A stretch of 64,000 nt of DNA from the human T2T-CHM13v2.0 reference genome, Homo sapiens. A program made the translations under genes and the position numbers. The DNA is taken from NCBI RefSeq assembly GCF_009914755.1, contig NC_060939.1. One strand, given 5' to 3'. The notes beneath the pieces were generated by a model. The model saw only the letters and a list, made by a program, of their open reading frames with translations, did not search any database and was not told the origin of the DNA. Shown here one piece after another: positions 31,301 to 43,667 of the stretch; position 1 is the stretch's first letter, and each line of letters opens with the position of its first letter.

Positions 31301-32244
31301 CATGCCTCTTCATCAGGGCCCATTATGTGACAGCACTGCCCACAGCTCTGAGCACACAGACATGAACAAGACAGGCTCCAGCTCTCTGTGGGTGGTGGGG
31401 GCTTACCAGCCTAGGTGATATTGGAGTAGGCAGGAGAGCAGGTAAACAATAAACAAATCTATAGATGGTCTTTGCAGTGGACAATAAATGCTGTTAAAAT
31501 AATGACAGAAAAGGAAGTCTGGGAGCTAGACTCAGCCCTTCACCCCTCCGGCCTCAGTTTCCTCCTCTATAGAATGAGTATGACTCTAGATAATCTTCAA
31601 GGTTTTTTCCTCTGCACCTAGAACACCTGGCCCAGGCCATCCCATCTGCCCAGTTCCACCTGTCCACTTCTTTTCTGCACTTCTTGGAATGTTCCAATCA
31701 TCCATGGGTTTAAGCACTCATGCTCAGCCGGGAATATACATATGATCACTCACCTGTGAGGAGCACCGGGCAGGTAGCTCTGTGAAAGAGCTTTCACAGA
31801 TAGTGTCTCATCTAATCCCATCGTCTTTACACAAATACAGACCAGGGCAGATGTGGTTTTTTACCTTTCACAGATAAAAACATTCTGGGCTCAGGGAAGC
31901 AAAACAATTTGACAAAAATCCGAGAAGAAGGAATGAACAATTGAGCTGAATTTAAAACCGGCCTTCTACTTCCAAATTCCATACATGCATAAACTACTAA
32001 TCAGAAAATACATGTGAAGGGGAAGAACTGAAGGAGAGAGGAGGAAGGAAGAACCCTGGCGGCTATCAGAGGCAGTTCATGGGTAGGCAGTGAGACCCAC
32101 CAACACAGAGCTCAATTCACCCGGACCCTTAGCCTCTGCCAGCTCCTCGGCCCATGGAATCCTTCTCCAGCCCTGGTTTTTGAACCTACCAAGGGCCACA
32201 CACAGTGGGGGCTAGTTTAGAGCCACAAAGACACTGTTGGCCAG

Positions 32245-32392
32245 CAAGTATGTTCAGTGGCTCAGGCCTGTAATTCTAGCACCTTGGGAGGCCAAGGCGG
32301 GAGGATTGCTTGAGCCCACAAATTCGTGACCAGCCTGAGCAACATAGTGAGACCCCAACTCTTAAAAAAAAGAAAGAGAGAGAGAAAAGAAA
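32245..32392 (+). mobile_element. Alu left monomer (FLAM_C/AluJ-like)
   Basis: ggaggccaaggcgggaggattgcttgagccc...agcctgagcaacatagtgagacccc, then an A-rich tail. No right arm. Confidence 0.85.
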
Positions 32393-33621
32393 ACCCTCTG
32401 AGTAATATCTCACAGAAGCCAAACCGCCAAACCCTGCTGTCATCCGAGCGTGATGTCCCCTCCAGCTACTTCGATTAACACCAGCTGCACATCTCTGGTG
32501 ACTGCTTCCAAGAAGTGGGCTCTGAGAGAGAAAGGTCAGGAAACCAGAGCAAACCTGGACTCTACATAATCAGAGTTTTCTTCTCACACAGAATAAATCT
32601 AAACTAAATTCATTCTTCAAGGAATTATCAAGCCAATCCTTTTCTTACCCCTAAATCAAGTTCAGAGATGTGGGATTATCAGAAGTTCTTCTACGGAGTT
32701 TGCAAACCAACGGGTGCTGCATATGGAGCATTTATTAACTAATAAAACAAAAAGAGAAATTGTGTATTAATTAAAAGCAATTAAGAGTTAAGTCTTAGCA
32801 ATGCAGCTGACTATTAGGTATCCAGCTAAGGTACAGTTGTTTACGTTGCTCCATTTGAATCAAGTGTACATCAATACTTTTTGCATACTCCTCAGACAGG
32901 TCACATTGATCTCACAATACCATATCTTCATCATGGTCATAACCATCCTTATCATCAATGGAGCCCACACATCCACCCCTGGACTTTAGGCATACTCCCT
33001 GCATTTCATGGAGGAGACCCTTGATACTTTTCCCAGGGCACAGTGACCATCACTGCTGAGGTGGAGCCCAGATCTGTCTGCCTGCAAAACCCACACCCTT
33101 CAAAATTGTCCCTGTGAAAGTCCTACACTCTGCACTTAGCCCACTCATGGCAAAGCACAAAGTGGTCTTTGTGCAGGTACTTGCAAAGCACCGATAATCA
33201 CCCTAGCCCTCACTCCACTGAAAATATTTCTCCTACCAGGTTGTGATTTCACATGAAATTTTGAAGAGGTTGACTTAAAAGTCACTCTTTTTTGGGAGAA
33301 AACCACATTAAAACATTGTTATCTTTTAATCACCATTTATTCTAAGGAGCCGGGTTACTGTCAGTCCACTCAGAGAGCCCTAACTCATGAGGCAGGGGGA
33401 CATGTGTGTGGTTTCAGGAAGAATGACCCCCCAAATAAGCAGTCATTGTCCCAGTGAGCCATGCTTCTTTGGGTTGGTGTTCAGGTGATACTCTGAATCT
33501 GGGCTGGACCTGCAAAATGTAATAAATAGGGACATGGGCCCCCATGATCCCAGGCCAATTCTGGGCCTTACAAGGCATGGCAGCTTCTACTTTCTCTCTT
33601 GAAGTGGTTGCTGTGGGGAGT

Positions 33622-34344
<723 letters not shown>

Positions 34345-34947
34345 AGCATGCAGAGAGTACACATAAGAAGTACATCTGTCCCATTTGTAGTGGAAAGACC
34401 CTGAGACTAGATAATGAGGGCAAGCCCCCCAGCATTGCCCCCATAGGAACCAAGCCTCCATGACTCCAGCCCCAGTCACTGGGTGACTACAAGCCTATGA
34501 GAGGCCACAAGCAAGACCAGCAGAAGAACTGCCCAGCTGAGCTCATGGAAACCTAGGCAATAAGAAGGTGGATGTTGCTTTAAGTCACCAAGTTTGGGAA
34601 GATGCTTTGCATAGCCATCCATCACTGAAAAGTAGACTAGGTGGCAGGTCAGGCGAATTGAGGTCAGATGTCAGAGGACCCTGAGCCCTGAAAATAAAGT
34701 ACCGCAATGGAATAAAGAACATCATTGGGGAACAAGGTGTGGAAAACAACATTGTCCATGTCACAATTTTGATCTGGACTGTGAAACAGAAATAAGTCAG
34801 TCCCCAGCATTCAAAACATCGAGTCCTCCACCAGAGAAAGCACAGAAATGGTGTCTGGCAAGGCTGGGAATAGAAGAGCTAAGAGTAACTTCAGTGCCAA
34901 GGGATAAAAATGGTCCAAGTGGAAAATGAATATACAGTGATACCATG

Positions 34948-35506
34948 TGTGTTAGTTTCCTCTTGTCACAATAACAAATGACCACAAACTTAGTGGCTGA
35001 AAACAGCACAAAGTTATTAGCTTACAATTGTGGAGGTCACCAGTGTGATAGGAATCCACTGGAACAAAAATTAAGGTGTTAGTGGGGCTGGTTCCTTCTG
35101 CAGGCTCTAAAGATTCTCCATTTCCTTGCTTTTTCTGGCTTCTATGGCTTCTAGATGCCACCTACATTCCTTGGCTTGTGGCCTCTCCTTCTGTCTTCAT
35201 AATGCATCACTCCAACCTCTTGTTTTGTCCTTACACATTCCCTCTCTAACTTTAATACACCTCTCTCTCTCATCAGGCTGCTCATGATTACATCAAACCC
35301 TCTCAGATAATCCACAATAATCTCCTCATTCTTAAGATCCTTGACATAATCCTATGGGCAAAGTCCTTCCTGTGATGTAAGGCATGTATTCACAGGTTCC
35401 AGCAGAAGACCAGAGGAAGAGCTCGCCAGCTGAGCTCACAGAAACATAGCCAGTAGGGGGATTCAAGTGTGGACATCTTTAGGGGGCCATTATTCAATCA
35501 GCCACA
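34948..35506 (-). mobile_element. MLT1C/D/E-type solo LTR
   Basis: tgtgttagtttcc...ccacaaacttagtggct...tattcacaggttcc...gtggacatctttagggggccattattc...ccaca. Confidence 0.85.
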
Positions 35507-35954
35507 TCATTTTGTATTTAGTGATCATTTGCTATGCATTAGGCACTGAGCTACTTCTTTTTTTAATTTTGTAATTTTATTAAAAATTTTACTAAACATG
35601 AGAAGTTTGCCTCAGATAGTGTGTAACTTTTCACTGGAAAAAATCCACAATTCGTCTCTTTCTCCAGTGTCTGTGCCACTGTTTGGAGTCTTCTCCCTTC
35701 AGGGACCTTCCCTACGCAAGCCTTGTGCAGGCCCAACCCTGTTGGCTTTGGTTCTTCCTGGACCGCCCACTGAAGCTGAAACTCCCTTCCTTACCCCCCA
35801 GAGCATTGAGCTCTGTGTAAAATGCATCAATGGCAATAGAGACTTCTACAGCTACAAAATCTATCTGCCAAGGTGATTATTTTAAAAAATGGAGAAACTA
35901 TGGAAAATATATTTTATTTCTTTGTTTGATGTCTAACATTCTATATGAGTTTTT

Positions 35955-37240
35955 AAAATTGCATTTATTGTAGTAAGAATACTCAATATGAGATATATCA
36001 TCTTAACAAAATTTTAAGTGTATAATGCATCACTGTTGGCTATAGGTACAATGTTGTACGGCAAATCTCTAGAGCAAATTTATCTTCCTTGACTCAAACT
36101 CTATGTCCATTGATTTGTAACTCTCTGTTTTCTCTCTGCCTGACTCCTGGCCACCACCATTCCACTTTTTGATTCTATTAATTTGACTATTGTAGATATC
36201 TCATATAAGTGGAATCATGCCCTTTTGTGACTGGCTTATTCACTTCATGTAATGTCTTCAAGGCTCATCCATGTTGTCACATATTGCAGAGTTTCCTTCT
36301 TTAAGGCTGCATAGTATTCTGTCATATGTATAGACCGTTTTTCTTTATATATTAATCTGTAGATAGACATTTAAATGGCCTCCATATCTTGGCTACTGTG
36401 AATAGTGTTGCAATGAATATGGGAGTGCCAATATCTCTTCAAGATCCTGATTTTAATTATTTTGGATAAATACCCAAAAATGGGTTTGTTGGATCCTATG
36501 GTTGTTCTATTTTTAACTGTCTTAGAAAACTCTATACCAAGCTTGTCCAGCCCAGAACCCAGGATGGCTTTGAATGAGGCTCAACACAAATTCGTAAACT
36601 TTCTTAAAACATTATGAGATTTTTTTGGCGATTTTTCTTTGTAGCTCATCAGCTATCATTAATGGTAGCATATTTTATGTGTGGCTCAAGACTATTCTTC
36701 TTGAAATGTGGCCCAGGGAAGCCAGAAGCTTGGACACCCCTGCTCTATACTGTTTTCCAAATCAGCTACATCACTTTACATTCCCACCAACAGTGCATGA
36801 GGCTTTCAATGTCTCCACATCTTTGTCTGTACTGGTTGCCACTGGTTTTTTGATAATAGTTATCCTGACAGGTATGAAGGAATATCTTGTTGTGGTTTTG
36901 ATTTGCATTTTCCTGATATTTAGTGAAGATGAGCACTTTTTTTATACCTGTTGGACATTTGTATGTGTTTTTTGGAGAAATGTCTATTCAAGTCCTTAGC
37001 TCATTTTTTAATGGGGTTATTAGGGGTGTTTTTTTGCTAATAAGTTGCAAGAGTTTGTCATTTTGGAGATTAAACTCTTATCTGATATATGATTTGCAAA
37101 TATTTTCTCCTATTACACAGGTTGCCTATTTATTCTATTGACTGTTTCGTTTGATACGCAGAAGTTTTAGTTTGGTTTAGTCCTGTATGTCTATTTTTGT
37201 TTCTCTTGCCTGTGCCTTGATGTCATATCCATTGAATCAA
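35955..37240 (-). mobile_element. L1MA (L1MA9-like) 3' end, interrupted by MER30
   Basis: ctataggtacaatgttgtac, ctcatataagtggaatcatg, ttcccaccaacagtg, gttttgatttgcattt. Confidence 0.88.
36538..36742. mobile_element. MER30 (hAT-Charlie)
   Basis: caacacaaattcgtaaactttcttaaaacattatgaga...gtggcccagggaagcc...ttggacacccctg. Perfect 8-bp TSD ctctatac at 36530-36537 and 36743-36750. Confidence 0.93.
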
Positions 37241-38207
37241 AATGAGCTATTTTCTAGCTTACTTCATCCTCACAACAGCTCTATGAAAGGAGTATTACCA
37301 TTTTCCCTACTTTAAGGGAGAAACTGACATTCAGCAAAGTGAGAATCCACCCACTCTACACAGCATGTAAGAGGCTTTCTCCCTCTAAGAGAAAAAAATA
37401 CAAAAGAAAAAGTCTTCCTGGAAGAATATTAATACTGAATTATCTGTATTTGGATTAAACAAAAACACAATGATAATTGCATATGATTACATCTCAGGCA
37501 AAAGTCCTTGGGCAGACATTGCCATAACAGGCAGAAAAGGAATGACACATTAAAATGCTGGAGAGTAGGGTTTTACACAGAGGCATTATTTTTGTCTACT
37601 TGTATTTAATAGAAATCATATAAAATTATATTTCCTTCTCTGTAAAAGCATTTAATTAGTTCCTACCAGTTTCCCAGCTTTGCAAGATACTTCAAGTGAG
37701 ATTAAAATATCATATGAGATTAAAATATCATATAAGACACAGTCCCTGCCCCAAATATGGAGCACGTGCCTGTGCCCAGAAGCCACTGAAAGGTATGAGC
37801 TGCCTGGAGTTGGAAGGTATTCCGGAGAAAATGTAGTACATGGTTTGGATTCTAAAGTGGCTATATTGTAGATAAGAGGAATCTAAGGTAAATCAGGAAT
37901 GGAGAGTGTTTTCTAAGTGAGAATACAGTCATGATCAAAATCATAGAAGACAAAATAATCCAGTGTGCTTTGGGAAGAGCAGTAAGATCAACCTGGCCAC
38001 CCCAAGCACAAAATTGTGAAGTTAATGAGTGGGCCCCTCCTTGTGGGAAGCCTTGAGTGGCATCAGATTAGGAATGGAATGTGAGAAGAGCAGAGGTCTA
38101 TGGGGCACAATGTAAAGGGAAAACTGATGGAAAAGAAAGGAAAATCAATAAGCAAAAAACGATTTGGAAACCAATGCTTTATGAAGATGACGTATTTTAA
38201 AGAAAGG

Positions 38208-38813
38208 CATAGTGGCTTTATAATGGCTCCACTAGGCCAGTCAAATCTGCATCTCCCCAAACCCTCTTTCTTGTATGTTTCTGGCTTGAATGGACCACAA
38301 AGAAGATTTTTAAGTGGGTTTGGAGGGTGCAAGGAAGAAACCGACATTTTGTAGCTCATACACTGTTGCTGATCTGCTGACTTGCCTCCTTTGTGTGAAG
38401 CAGCAACTGGGCCAGCAACCGCTCCACCTTCCCCTAGAGTATCCCTCAGCTTCTCTAATTCCTGGGTCAAGTTCATGCATTTAGCTTCATAACAAAGGGT
38501 CTCAGTTTCTGGGGGACAATGACACCATCAAATTCAGAGGCACTAAGAAGTGACACGTCTCCTTTAATCCTACTGGATCTTGCTGTTCTGCCCTTTACAC
38601 CCATTTTTTCTTTCTGCCTGCCTGCCTTGTGGGCTTGAAACTCCAGTATCAGATGTGAAGATAACAGCACAACAGCTTTACAGAAATTCTTTAATCAGCT
38701 GCCACAATTATATAAACCAAATTCCTATAAATTATATGATGTATGTGTGTGCGTGTGTGTGTGTGTGTGTTCCAGTTCTAGGGGTCTAATTTCCTGGTTT
38801 AACCCTCACTAAC
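38208..38813 (+). mobile_element. ERVL-class solo LTR (LTR50/MLT2-like) with (TG)n near its 3' end
   Basis: 5' ccctctttcttgtatgtttctggcttgaatggaccacaa. 3' aaattcctataa...(TG)n...aaccctcactaaca is typical of ERVL LTR ends. Confidence 0.6.
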
Positions 38814-40228
38814 AGAGAAGGGCAATGAGATATGATATTAAAGATTTATAATAATAAAAATGATTAAATAATAGAAAAACAATAACTGATATTTATTATT
38901 TCCTATTTTTCCAGTGGTATGCAAAGTATTTTACAAAATTACATTAATCCTTACAATAACCCTAGGTAGCTACTCCTGTCTCCAGTTTTCAGCAGGGGAA
39001 CATTTTAATAGCTCACAAATCCAGAATCCTGCAACACTTTTGATTCAAAGCCATATCTGTCTAACTCTGGGTGATTGGCCATTAACATTCTGTCTCTATC
39101 ATGGTGAGAAGGAGGAGTGAAGGCACTCCCTCATTGAAATTCTGGGGATGGAAGCATCTTGGTGCCTTGAGCAGAAACAGGACACATTAGAAAAGGGACT
39201 AGTTAAGCATTAGGTGGAGAGTAGGGAAAGGAAGGATGGAGGTGAAGATAATTTGAGACATATTGAAGATGAGATGATGAGAGATTGTTAAGAATTAGAT
39301 ACTTATATTCAGGTTAGAAATTACATATTTCTTTCGTTTCACAAAGAATGTTCGGTGGGTTTTAGGCTTGTACGTAAGTACGTAGTCCTATGAACAATCT
39401 GCCTGCAAATGGAAAACTGCCATCATTTTAAGTCTGTAACTTAGGTGGAAAGAAATATTTCACTTCTCTGATGGGAAAGAAAAAAAAAACTTCCTGAAGC
39501 AGTTAAGATCTCAAAATGGCTGGTGGGAGAACAGACCCAGCACTAGAGGAAGACTTTATGGCTGGGGGAGAAAGCATTTCCAGGGGCAGAGAAGGACAAG
39601 AGGCAGTGCATCCAGTCTGTAAACTCTGGGTAACCTGGAAGAAACCAGAAACCAGACAGGATCTGGGAGCTGGAAGCTGCGTGATGGCCAGGTGATACGG
39701 CTTATAAAGACAGGGGCCAGAGGCCACACCATGGGAAATGAAATGGGCTAGTGGCAGGTCAAGGAGCAGGAGTAGTAGTAAAAGTTGAGTGATTTCTTGT
39801 GTGATTAAGGGTTTATTTGGTGTTATCTGGAGTTAGAGGGAAATATGATAGGGGAGCCCAGTTTCTAGTCCTTTACCCATGCCTACCCAGGTTTATAGAA
39901 TAAAGCAGCTCAAAACAGGTTGTATATGGAGATTATTATTTTAACCTCTTGACCTACCCCCTCCAAAAAATAAAGTCCTCCATTTACGTTCACTATCTGA
40001 AACATATGGCAATTTTGAGAACCGTGTTTTTGAAATCTTCTCACAGAGAGGTATCAATAACGAATTGCTGTCATTGCCTGGATACAAGCAAAACAGTCAC
40101 TTATCACTGAAATGTTCTCAGATAAAATTGCGTATTTTTACAAAGTCACCTTAGGAGTCCTAAGACTTAAAAATTCTTTTTGCACTCTGATTATCCTTTT
40201 TCCATAAGCAGTCATTTATTTCTAATAA

Positions 40229-40270
40229 TCTCTCTCTCTTTCTCTCTCTCTCACACACACACACACACAC
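40229..40270. repeat. (TC)n(AC)n compound microsatellite
   Basis: Read directly from the sequence. Confidence 0.9.
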
Positions 40271-42457
40271 TCCAGAATCAACACATTTTTCTCCTGTGTA
40301 GAACATGTTTTGATTTGCAATTTCATTAACATGAGAAATATACTTGGTTTTAAAAATAGATAAATGTGGGAAAATAATTTCATAATGGAGGTAATTTTAG
40401 CCACTTATTTGTACTGCAATAAGTTTACCTATAATTCTTCCCCCAATGAAATTGAGTATAGTTATAATTTTTCAGTAAAATGGCAATTTTTCTATGTCCT
40501 CAGATTTTCAAAAAACGTAATAAGAATAAAAAGTCTCAATTCTGATCCTTGAAATCTTTAACTGTACAGTTTCTTAGATCATTAAATACATTTAAAATAA
40601 TGCATTTTGGGGTTTTAATGTTCATGCTAGTCTTACTATATAGTCACAATTTTTTTAACATCGAAACTATTCATAAACTTATAAGTTTATTTTTTGCAAA
40701 ATAATTTATATATATACAAATAATTATAGGGGATTTGGGGGATCTTTCCCTCATTATCTTCCAAAATCAAGATTTGAAACTTAAGTTTCACAGATCTCAA
40801 AAATCTATGAACCAACACATTTTTGTGTTCAAAACAACATCAACAAAAACTTGAGTAGAGAAACCTAAGATACTAACGCAATTCACAACGGAATAGAACA
40901 AAGTATCCTTTACTTCCGTGCATTCAATGGATGGCCTCAAGGCTGAGAAAAGAAAACAAAATTGATACTTGAAAAAAAAAATTCTGAGTGTTTCTAATGC
41001 ATTTAGGAGCAGGTGTCGAGGTGGCCAAACGGAACTTTAGGGTCACTGGGAAGGAATGTCAGAGCTGAGTTATTAAGTTTAAGCAGAAAATATGGCCTGA
41101 AAGTTTAGCTTCGAACGAATTAAGGATGTGCCCAGGAATGAGTGAAATATTTTCTCTGCGAGTCACAGGGTTAGCAGGTTGGGATCCAGCATCTGGGGCT
41201 TATTACATGTGCTTTAGGTGACAGGTGGCTTTAGGAAATGGAGCCCTCATAGAGCTTTTAAAATATTTTCCTGGGAAGGGTAAATAATTCTGTGCCTTGC
41301 TCGTTTCCCTTCTGCAGGCTGTTTGAAATACAAAAACACATCTTAAGCCACATCAAAGTTGTTTCAAGTGCAGACAAAGGCAAACATCCTCAACTCTGAC
41401 ACATGGCTACATCGGTTTCACTTCCAGCATTTTGAAATCTGTTCTGTGCAAAACGGGTAGAGATCAGTTACCAAACCCTATTGTTACATTTATAAAACTA
41501 ATATTTATCGGTCATCTTTTTAATGCTTGATTTTCATGAGCCTGAAAACGTTTATTGCCCAATTATTTCCTAGGGGTAGCCACAAATGTTGAGCCAGAGA
41601 AAATAACCTCAGCTTTGGCACCAAAAATCATGTGATGAGGAATCATTTCAACTTTTACAAATAAAAGAAATACTTTCTTGAGTGCCTGCCAATGGTCATG
41701 TTGCTGAGATCAAAGACGATGGATGATTTATTCATAAATATTTCCCTTGCCTTTATTTTGATTCTTTAGCTGGTTTTGTTGTTGCCATTTTTGTTTGTTT
41801 GTTCAATTTTTTGGTTCTTCTTGCATTTTAGTGCATGTTTTGTATGATGTCATGAACCACCTAGAAGCCCAAATTTGCCCTGTGGGATACATCTCAATCA
41901 AAGAGAAATCGCATTAAGAAGCATCATCGTTTCTTGATGATTAGCCAACTTTTGTCTCCCGCATTTCATGTAAAAGAATGTGTGAAAAGAGCAGGGGAAG
42001 TTGTTTTTCTTCTGCAATTCTGGAATATGATCGCACTTAGTGTCCTGGAGTCACACCAAGTAAGTCTGTTGCACTTAACAATTACTCGCTGATTTTTTTT
42101 TTGTCGTGTCTGAACATCTCCAATGCATTCTAAATTACAAGACTTTTTACATTGGGATCTTGACAAAACAATATGAATTTGATTTGTTTTGCACTCCATG
42201 AAGTTATTTTCCATTTTTGTAAGAACTGCATGAGTTTTAATCATGTCTATATGAGGAGCTTCATGATTGAGTGGATTCATTTACAGATTTTGTGTAATAC
42301 ATGCCTGCGCCATTTTTTGAAATTGTGATTCTTAAGGACAGGTTTTCTTCATTTTAGTGCACTGTCATTTGCATGCAGTTCTAGAACATGAAGTTAGTAC
42401 GTTAATAAATATCAGTGAGAGTCAGAGATGCTGAAACATCTTGGAGGTTGACTAAAC

Positions 42458-42625
42458 CAGAAATTTTCAAACTCAGGACCTCCTGCCTTAAAATCACCTG
42501 GGACAGTTTTAGAGTGTAGATTGCTGAGCCTTTCAATCAGACAGTATAACTTAGTAATTCTTGGTTGGTTTGGTTCCAGGAAATCTCAATTTTTTTAATT
42601 GTCTGGATGATTTTTATTTGTAGCC
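42458..42625. mobile_element. MER5-like hAT remnant
   Basis: ttttcaaact...aaatcacctggg...gtagattgctgagcc...ccaggaaatc...tgattttt. Confidence 0.55.
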
Positions 42626-42942
42626 TTCTTTGTGTCGTTGATTTAAACGCATCTTTGCCTAATACAAGGATTGATTTCATCTAATTGTCACAAAATAAAA
42701 CCTTCAATGTATCCACAATGTAGATTATGTAAATCTTAAAGGTATTTAAGAAATTATTGCATTAATTCCCCTTATTTTGCACTCAGAAAAAAATTAAGTA
42801 AATTTTTCAAAGTCATGGAGCTGGTTAGCACCAAAATCTAGAGCACAATTTTGATCTCCTGACTGAAAATTCCAGACTCTCCACCATCACTTCTTCAATG
42901 TTTCCTATTTAAAATCAGCCCAGAGCCCCCAGAATTCCTATA

Positions 42943-43667
42943 CAGTCATGCACTGTAGAATGAAATTTAGATGAGGGTCCCATAAGATTACCATACTGTA
43001 TTTTTACTGTACCTTTTCTATGTGTAGATACATGAAACAGACAATTGTGTTACAGTTGCCTGCAGTGTTCAATACTCGCTGTACAGGTTTGTAATCTAGG
43101 AGCAACAGATCATACCTTATAGCCTAGGTCTGTAGTAGGCTATACCATCTAGGTTTGTGTAAGTACACTCTATGATGCTCATCTAACAGTGAAGTCACCT
43201 AATGGTATATTTCTCAGAAGGTATCTGTGTCAGTCTGTTCTTGTGTTGCTATACAAAAGAAATACCTGGGGCAGGGTAATTTATAAAGAAAAGAGGTTTA
43301 ATTAACTCATGGTTCAGCAGGCTGTACACAAAGCATGGCACAGACAACTGCATCTGGTGAGGGCCTCAGGAAGCTTACAATCATGGTGGAAGTCAATGAG
43401 GGAGCCAGCCTATCACATGTTAAGTGAGGGAATGGGGAGGTCCTACATTCTCTTTAACAACTAGATCTCACATGAAATAACTGAGCAAGAATTCACTCAT
43501 CACCAAGGAGATGGTGCTAACCCATTCAAGAGAGATCTGCTCCCATGATCCAATACCTCCCATTAGGCCCAATCTCCAACATTGGAAGTCACATTTCAAC
43601 ATGAGATTTGGAGGGGACGAACATCCAAACCTTATCAGTGTCCTCTTTGTTAAGCCAGATATGACTA
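42943..43667. mobile_element. Tigger3a/MER7-like TcMar element interrupted by an MST LTR
   Basis: TA|cagtcatg ... atgacta|TA ends. Internal ggtcccataagatta and taggctataccatctaggtttgtgtaagtacactctatgatg. Confidence 0.88.
43226..43637 (-). mobile_element. MSTA/MSTB MaLR solo LTR
   Basis: gggtaatttataaagaaaagaggtttaatt...gagggcctcaggaagcttacaatcatgg...atttcaacatgagatttggagggg...catccaaaccttatca. TSD gtatc/gtgtc. Confidence 0.92.

Noticed and set aside
37698-37734. 18-bp tandem duplication (similar case at about 60538-60585)
   Set aside because: Ordinary slippage-type tandem duplications.
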